The position numbers and the translations under genes are program-made. Below, one piece after another: positions 57,227 to 64,000 of a stretch of 64,000 nt of DNA (the stretch's first letter is position 1; every line of letters starts with the position of its first letter). The notes beneath the pieces are model-generated. The model made no database searches. It was given only the letters and a program-made list of their open reading frames with translations, and was not told the origin of the DNA. The DNA lies in NCBI GenBank assembly GCA_951406725.2, contig OX597820.1:14012001-14076000 (forward strand), given 5' to 3'. The stretch comes from Octopus vulgaris (Eukaryota).

Positions 57227-57709
57227 TTTGCCTAAATTCATATTTGCATGTATATACAATGTAAATATATATACCTGTATACATATATATTAACCGTTTT
57301 ATCTTTTAACTAGTTTTAGTCATTAGACTGCGGCCATACTGGGACACATACTGGAAGAATATTTTGTTTGATTTCTTTAAACCCAGTAGTTATTCTATTT
57401 GTCTCTTTTGATGGTATGCTAAATTATGGGGACATAAACAAACTAACATTGGTTGTCAAGTGGCGCAATGGAGACAAACACAAAAAACTCAAACACAAAC
57501 AACAGGTTACTTTCAGCTTCTGTCTACCAAATCCGTTCATGTGCTTTGGTCTGCACAAAGCTATAGACGATGAAAGTATACATACATATATATATATATC
57601 ATTCAACATCCAATTTCCATATGGACCTCGGTTCAATATATGAATGTATCTATGTATCTCTCTCCCATTCCTACCTTTCCTATCCTTTCACCTTCTCAAC
57701 TCCACTTCG

Positions 57710-59200
57710 TTGGACTTTTCCAGAATATTCCCACTTTTCAACACCCTCCTCGCACATTTCCAGGAAATTTCACCTTTTCACTAACAGGACTTCCTGGAGA
57801 AGTCCAGGGACTGGAAGGAACGACTTTCTGGAAAAGGCCAAGGAGGGAAAAGAATTCCTGGAAAAGTCGGAGGAACAGTGGAAGACCTTTCTGGAAAAGT
57901 GCAATGAGGGGAGGAAGGACATCCTGGAAAAGTCCAAGGAGGGGGAGTAAGGACTTCCTAGAAAAGTTCAAGGAGGGGAATTTATGAGGAAAGAGAGGAA
58001 GGAGTTCCTGAAAAAGTCTGAGATGGGGAGGAAGGTCGTTCTGGAAAAGTCCGAGGAAGTGGAGGAAGGACTTCCTGGAAAGTTCGAAGGTGGGAGGGAG
58101 CACTTCTTGGAAAAGTCCGAAGAGGGGGAAGGAAGGAGTTCTTGGGTAAGTCCGATGAGGTGGACTTCAGAGGGACTCCCTGGAAAAGTCCGAAGGCGGG
58201 AGAAGAAAGGGGATGAAATGGAAACGGGGAAGGAGGGGATAAATGGGAGAAGAGGAATGTCTTCCTGGAAAAAGTCTGAGGGGATGAGGAAGGGTTGGAA
58301 GGGGAGGGAGAAAAAGGCATTAAGGAAGGGTAGGAAGATGATGTAAGAATGGGAGAAAGGAGAGAAAGGAAGAGGAGTGTAAGAAAGACTTCTTGGAAAA
58401 AGTATGTGGAGGGTTAAGGAACGGGATGAAGGGGAGAAAGGAATTAGAGGAAGGGGACGATGGGGAGGAAGGGGAAGGGAGGAAAGACATCCTGTAAAAT
58501 TCCAAGGAGGGGGAGAGCAGTAACTTCCCAGAAAAGTACGAGGAGGGGAAGAGGTTTGGGTCTTCCTGGAAATCTCCGACGAGGGTGAGAGTAACTTCCT
58601 GGAAAAGTTTGAGTATAGGGAGTTGAGGGGGACTTCCTAGAAAGGGGTAAAAAGGGAGAGGAGGAAAGATAGGAGAAAGGAAGGGAAGGACAGTAAGTGA
58701 GGAACAGGAGAAAGGGAGGGTGAGAAGGAGGGGACGAAGGAAGGACTTCTTGGAAATGTCCAAGGAGGGAAAAGAGGGGAAAATTCTGGAAAAGGTCGAA
58801 GTGAAACTTCCTGCAAAAGGCCAAATGGGGGTTAAAAGGGTGAGTGTCCTGGAAAAAGCCGAGGAGGGAGAAAGGATGGGAACTTCCTGGAAAAGTCCGA
58901 AAGACCGGTAGAGAGAGAAGTCCCTGGAAGTCCGAGGCAGTATAAGGAAATGAAGATGTGGATAAGAAAGGGGAGGAAGAGGGGATGGGGAGGGCAGGTA
59001 AGACTTCCTGGAAAGAGTCCGAGGGGATAAGGAAGGGGAGGAAGTGGGCAAAGGGAAGAAAGAGGAGGAAGGAGGAAAGGAAGAGGAAGGGAGGTAGGGG
59101 AGTGGAGGAAAGACTTCCTGGAAAATTCCAAGGAGAGGGAGAGGTCTAACTTCCTAGAAAAGTCCGAGGAGGTGGAGAGGTTGGGGACCTCTTGGAAAAC
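57710..59200. repeat. Array of ~30 palindromic cores (GGACTTCCTGGAAAAGTCC-like) with variable purine-rich spacers
   Basis: Cores at a 33-bp period from 57790 to 57960, irregular afterwards; the first two copies are inverted. Confidence 0.88.
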
Positions 59201-59699
59201 TCAGAGTAGGGGAGTGATGATGACGATGATGATGGTGTTGATGACAATGATAATGAGGAGGAGGAAGAGGAAGAAAAGGAAGAAGAGTAAGAAAAGGAGG
59301 AAGAAGAAGAAAAGGAGGAAGAGGAAGAAAAGAAGGAAGAGGATGATGACAATGACGATGATGATGTTGATGATTCTAATGATAATTTAGATGATTATGA
59401 TCATAATAAAGTTGTTTACCTTCTAATTACATCAATCTTAATCAGACCTTATTATGATATATGCTCCAACCATGACCATCTTGCCTTTCTAGCAGGCATT
59501 GTGTATCAAGGTCAACTTTGTCCACACTAGAATGTGATTTGACTGCTATTTCTTGCAGATTTTCATGATGAACTCAAAGAAAAGGACAAAGAAAAAGAAA
59601 TACATGAACGTTAATGGTAATGCTGATGGTTGTGGTTGTTGTTGTTGTTGCTGTGACTTGATTTGATGTTGTAGTGTCAGCTGCAGTAGGAAACAATAA

Positions 59700-60158
59700 A
59701 TGGGGTGGTGGTGGTGGTGGTAGCAGTGGTGGTGGTAATAGTACTGTTGGTAGTGGGTAGCGGTGCTGATGTTAGGAGTAGTAGCAGAAATAGTAGTAGT
59801 AGTGTTGGCGGTGGTGGTGGTGGTAGTAGTAGTGGTTGTAGTGGTGGTAGAGGTAGTAGTGTTGTTGGTGGTGGTGGTGGTAGTAGTGGTTGTATTGATG
59901 GTGGTAGTAGTAGTAGTAATGGTGGTGGTGGTGTTAGTAGTAGTAGTAGTAATAGTAGTAATGGTGTTAGTGGTGATGGTGGTGGTGGTGGTAGTTGTGA
60001 TGGTAGTGGTAGTAGTAGTAGAGGTAGCAGTGTTGGTAGTGGTGGTGATGGCGTTGGTAGTAGTAGTGCATGTATTGGTGGTGTTAGTGGTGGTGGTGGA
60101 GGTGGTAGTAGTAGTAGTAATGGTGGTGGTAGCAGTGGTAGTAGTAGTAGTAGTAATG

Positions 60159-60189
<31 letters not shown>

Positions 60190-60905
60190 AGGTAGTAGTG
60201 TTGTTGGTAGTGGTGGTGGTAGAAGTAGTGTTGTTGGTAGTGGTGGTGGTGGTGTTAACGGTTGTAATGCTGGTAATAGGGGTAGGTAGACAGCATGAAA
60301 CGACCCCTAAACAAACAAAGTGTGAAGATCTCCCTAGCAACATCACCATTTGCAGAGACTGGGTTGGGTTGGTTCCCTTGCAGAGCAAGAGAGGGGGAGG
60401 GGGAAATAAAGGAGAAGAGAGAAGGGAGGGGATAGGGTAGTTGGGGGAAGGGAATGATAGAAAGTAATAGGAGAGGGGGGAAATGGGAGGAGGGGAGAGT
60501 GGGGAGAGAGAGAAAGAGAGGAGAGTAATAGGGAGGGGTAATGATAGAAAGACATTAGAGAGGACAAGATGGGGAGAAGGGAGAGGAAGAGTGGGGGGAG
60601 ATAGAAATGGGTAGGGAAAAGACAGAGAGAGACACAGAGGGGGGAGGAGAGAAGGAGAATAAGAAAAGAGGAGAGCGATAAAGAGATATTAACTATCTTT
60701 TATACACAACACAGACACATACTAGGAGTAGTAGCAGAAGTAGTAGTAGTAGTGTTGGTGGTGGTGGTGGTGGTAGTGGTGGTGATAGTAGTAGTAATGG
60801 TGTTAGTGGTGATGGTGGTGGTGGTGATAGTTGTGATGGTAGTGGTAGTAGTAGTAGAGGTAGCAGTGTTGGTAGTGGTGGTGATGGTGTTGGTAGTAGT
60901 AGTAG
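59700..60905. repeat. (GGT/AGT) mosaic, partly duplicated at 60720-60905
   Basis: Shared taggagtagtagcagaa start at about 59773 and 60723. Confidence 0.8.
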
Positions 60906-61691
60906 TGTGTGTGTGTATTTTATCCACCCTTATTCACTCACACAATACCTTCTAATCTCCTTTGGTACCCACTGAAGCCAGAACACTGACCAGCTGCTCT
61001 AAATAAACAGCTGAGAAAGCTAAACAAACTCCCTGACCTGCAAGGGTTAACTGTTTTGATATTTCTATTCCCAACACAACCGAATTATGCAAATGAGATG
61101 GGGGCGGGGGGCGGGGGGAGAGAAAAACGTTGTCAAAATTTATTGTATTTTCATCAATGGCTCTGTTTTATCTCCCTTTCACTTTTTCAGATTTAGTCTG
61201 CCTCTATATAAATCGGTGAATAGATCTTGTTGTTCAGACAAATGAGGGTCTTTGTTGTTTGAACAACACAACTAACTAATCTTTATCTTTTGTCATTCAT
61301 CTTTTATCTTTTGTCATTCATCTTTTATCGGTTGCTTGTTTCAGTGATTGGACTGTGGCCATGTTGGAGCACCACCTCGAGGGGCTTAATGGAACAAATT
61401 GATTCCAGTATTTACTGGCTTTTCATCTCCTTTTTTAAAGACCAGTACTTCTTTTTTCTATTGGCCTTTTTCACCGAACTGCTAAGTTATGGGGATGTAA
61501 ACAAACCAACTCTGTTGGTTGTCAAATACTCAGTGTTGGAGGACAAACACAGACACAAAGACGCACACTAAGATATCATCATCATCATCATCATCATCAT
61601 CACTTATAACATCCACTTTTCCATGCTTGTCTGGGTCAGGCGGAATTTGTTGAGGCAAATTTTCTACAGCCAGATGTCCTTCCCGTCACCA

Positions 61692-61795
61692 ACCCTCCAG
61701 TCTTCATCAGCCAAAACATGTTAACAAGATGAGGAGAAATATCTGTCAGATGTAAATAATGTACATAATTCCTCATCTCTTAAATATAGAACTGT
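61692..61795 (+). mobile_element. Hammerhead-family 3' tail with inverted 5' half of the ribozyme
   Basis: accctccagtcttcatcag (reverse complement ctgatgaagactggagggt) fused at atcag to ccaaaac..aacaagatgagg..tgtaaataatgtacataattcctcatctcttaaatataga. Confidence 0.7.
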
Positions 61796-61932
61796 AAAAC
61801 AAAGTCTGACATTATAACCTCTCGACAGCAGATGATTCTATGGAGTTTCAATCCTTTCCACATCACACCTGCATCACAAGTTGTAAGTTTAATAACATAA
61901 CGACATTGTTACTGAAACATGAAATTAATTAA

Positions 61933-62384
61933 TCCTTTCTACTGTAGGCACAAGGCCTGAAATTATGGGGGAGGAGGACAGTTGATTACACTGACTCCAG
62001 TACGTAACTGGTACTTAATTTATTGGCCCCGAAAGGATGAAAGGCAAGGTCGACCTCATCAGAATTTGAATGCAGAATATAGCAGCAGACAAAATATCGC
62101 TAAGCCTTTCACTCGGAGTGCTAATGATTCTGACAGCTCGGTACCTTAAATAATAATTATTATTATTCCTTCTACTCTTGGCACAAGACCTAGAAAATTT
62201 TGGGGGAAGAGAACTAGTTGATTATATCGACCCCAGTGTTTCACTGGTACTTAATTTATCTACCCTGAAAGGATAAAAGGCAAAGTCAACCTTGGTGGAA
62301 TTTGAACTCTGAACGCAGCAGCAGACAAAATACCGCTAATCAATGCTTCGTCCCATGTGCTAACGTTTCTGCCAGCTAGCCGCC
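61933..62384 (-). mobile_element. Two SINE family A copies
   Basis: Match other family A copies. Confidence 0.8.
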
Positions 62385-62683
62385 ATGAAATTAACGAATG
62401 TCGAAAACAATTACGGATATTATAATAAATGAAATATTTTGTGTAATAAAAGAAATGAGTGAAAAATTGTTTGGTGTGTGTCGTGGTATCTTTTTTTTTT
62501 ATGTCCCCACAGCCCCTAACTTTAGAACCTGGCTATACCTCTGGATAGGAGCTCTTGGGAGATGAGATAATAGTGACAGGGGGCCAGAGCAAACCCTGAA
62601 GGTGCAAGAGAGGATAGGGACAAGAGAGAAACAGAGAACAAAGAATCAGAAGGGAGAAAGAGCAAGTGGAATTGTATGAGTAT

Positions 62684-63777
62684 GCAAGGAGGGGTCAGAT
62701 ATTTGTAAGGAGGGGTCAGACATTCGCAAGGAGGGGTCAGATATTTGCAAGGAGGGGTCAGATATTCGCAAGGAGGGGTCAGATATTCACAAGGAGGGGT
62801 CAGATATTCGCAAGGAGGGGGTCAGATATTTGCAAGGAGGGGTCGGATATTCGCAATGAAGAGTCAGATATTCACAAGGAGGGGTCAGATATTCGCAAGG
62901 AGGGGTCAGATATTCGCAAGGAGGGGGTCAGATATTCGCAAGGAGGGGTCAGATATTCGCAATGAAGAGTCAGATATTCACAAGGAGGGGTCAGATATTC
63001 GCAAGGAGGGGTCAGATATTCGCAAGGAGGGGTCAGATATTCGCAAGGAGGGGTCAGATATTCGCAAGGAGGGGTCAGATATTCACAAGGAGGGGTCAGA
63101 TATTCACAAGGAGGGGTCAGATATTCGCAAGGAGGGGTCAGATATTCGGAAGGAGGGGTCAGATATTCGCAATGAAGAGTCAGATATTCACAAGGAGGGG
63201 TCAGATATTCGCAAGGAGGGGTCAGATATTCACAAGGAGGGGTCAGATATTCGCAAGGAGGGGTCAGAAATTCGCAAGGAGGTGGTCAGATATTCGCAAG
63301 AAGGGGTGAGATATTCGCAATGAGGGGTCAGATATTCGCAAGAAGGGGTCAGATATTCGCAATGAGGAGTCAGATATTCACAAGGAGGGGTCAGATATTC
63401 GCAAGGAGGGTCAGATATTTGCAAGGAGGGTCAGATATTCGCAAGGAGGGGTCAGATATTTGCAAGGAGGGGTCAGATATTTACAAGGAGGGGTCAGATA
63501 TTTGCAAGGAGGGGTCAGATATTCACAAGGAGGGGTCAAATATTTACAAGGAGGGGTCAAATATTCGCAAGGAGGAGTCAGATATTCGCAAGGAGGGGTC
63601 AGATATTCGCAAGGAGGGGTCAGAAATTCGCAAGGAGGTGGTCAGATATTCGCAAGAAGGGGTCAGATATTCGCAAGGAGGGGTCAGATATTTGCAAGGA
63701 GGGTGTCAAATATTCGCAAGGAAGGGACAGATATTCGCAAGGAGGGGTCAGATATTCGCAAGGAGGGGGTCAGATAT
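62684..63777. repeat. 21-bp minisatellite (GCAAGGAGGGGTCAGATATTC), ~52 copies
   Basis: Seen directly; recurring variant unit with aatgaagagt. Confidence 0.97.
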
Positions 63778-64000
63778 TATTAGGTTACTGAAATGACATA
63801 GGCTTTTACCAGATTGCCATGACCTTCCAAGGACGGCTTCCTTTCAATTCATATCTGAGTGAGATTGACCTCATTGCCTGTTTCTCTGCCACTGAAAATC
63901 TGGGGGTGACTCAGATCACAATAGACTTACCAGTGTGCTTAGTCCATTCATAAACACTGACCAGGGACTAAGTTATAAACCCACTCCTTATCTTGATTAA

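Noticed and set aside
57710-59200. CRISPR array interpretation of palindromic repeats with spacers
   Set aside because: Repeats are degenerate, spacers are low-complexity and of unequal length, there are no cas genes, and the context is eukaryotic

Overview
Eukaryotic, AT-rich, repeat-saturated DNA with no prokaryotic features. The SINE sequences and the extreme density of (TA)n/(TG)n/(AAT)n/(CAT)n microsatellites suggest a coleoid cephalopod, probably Octopus (inference from recognition, no search run). Almost all ORFs in the supplied track are microsatellite artefacts. Supported content: many tRNA-derived SINE copies from several families; about nine 5'-truncated R4/Dong-like non-LTR retrotransposon fragments (RT C-terminus, CCHC knuckle, restriction-like endonuclease), mostly within (TAA)n tracts; three RTE-clade LINE ends; non-autonomous Helitron- and Helentron-type elements; a long-TIR MITE; a 158-bp spacerless palindrome; and several satellites. 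No host gene is securely identified, only weak exon candidates. The most interesting signal is a set of minimal type-I hammerhead-ribozyme motifs of Penelope type. Two lie in tandem 289 nt apart (38073-38118, 38362-38407), downstream of a tRNA-like Pol III head, which suggests a SINE/retrozyme hybrid. A second, unrelated family has one intact motif (47921-47955, minus strand). Also notable is a 1.5-kb array of a palindromic GGACTTCCTGGAAAAGTCC core with variable spacers (57710-59200). Repeat boundaries were read by eye and are approximate.
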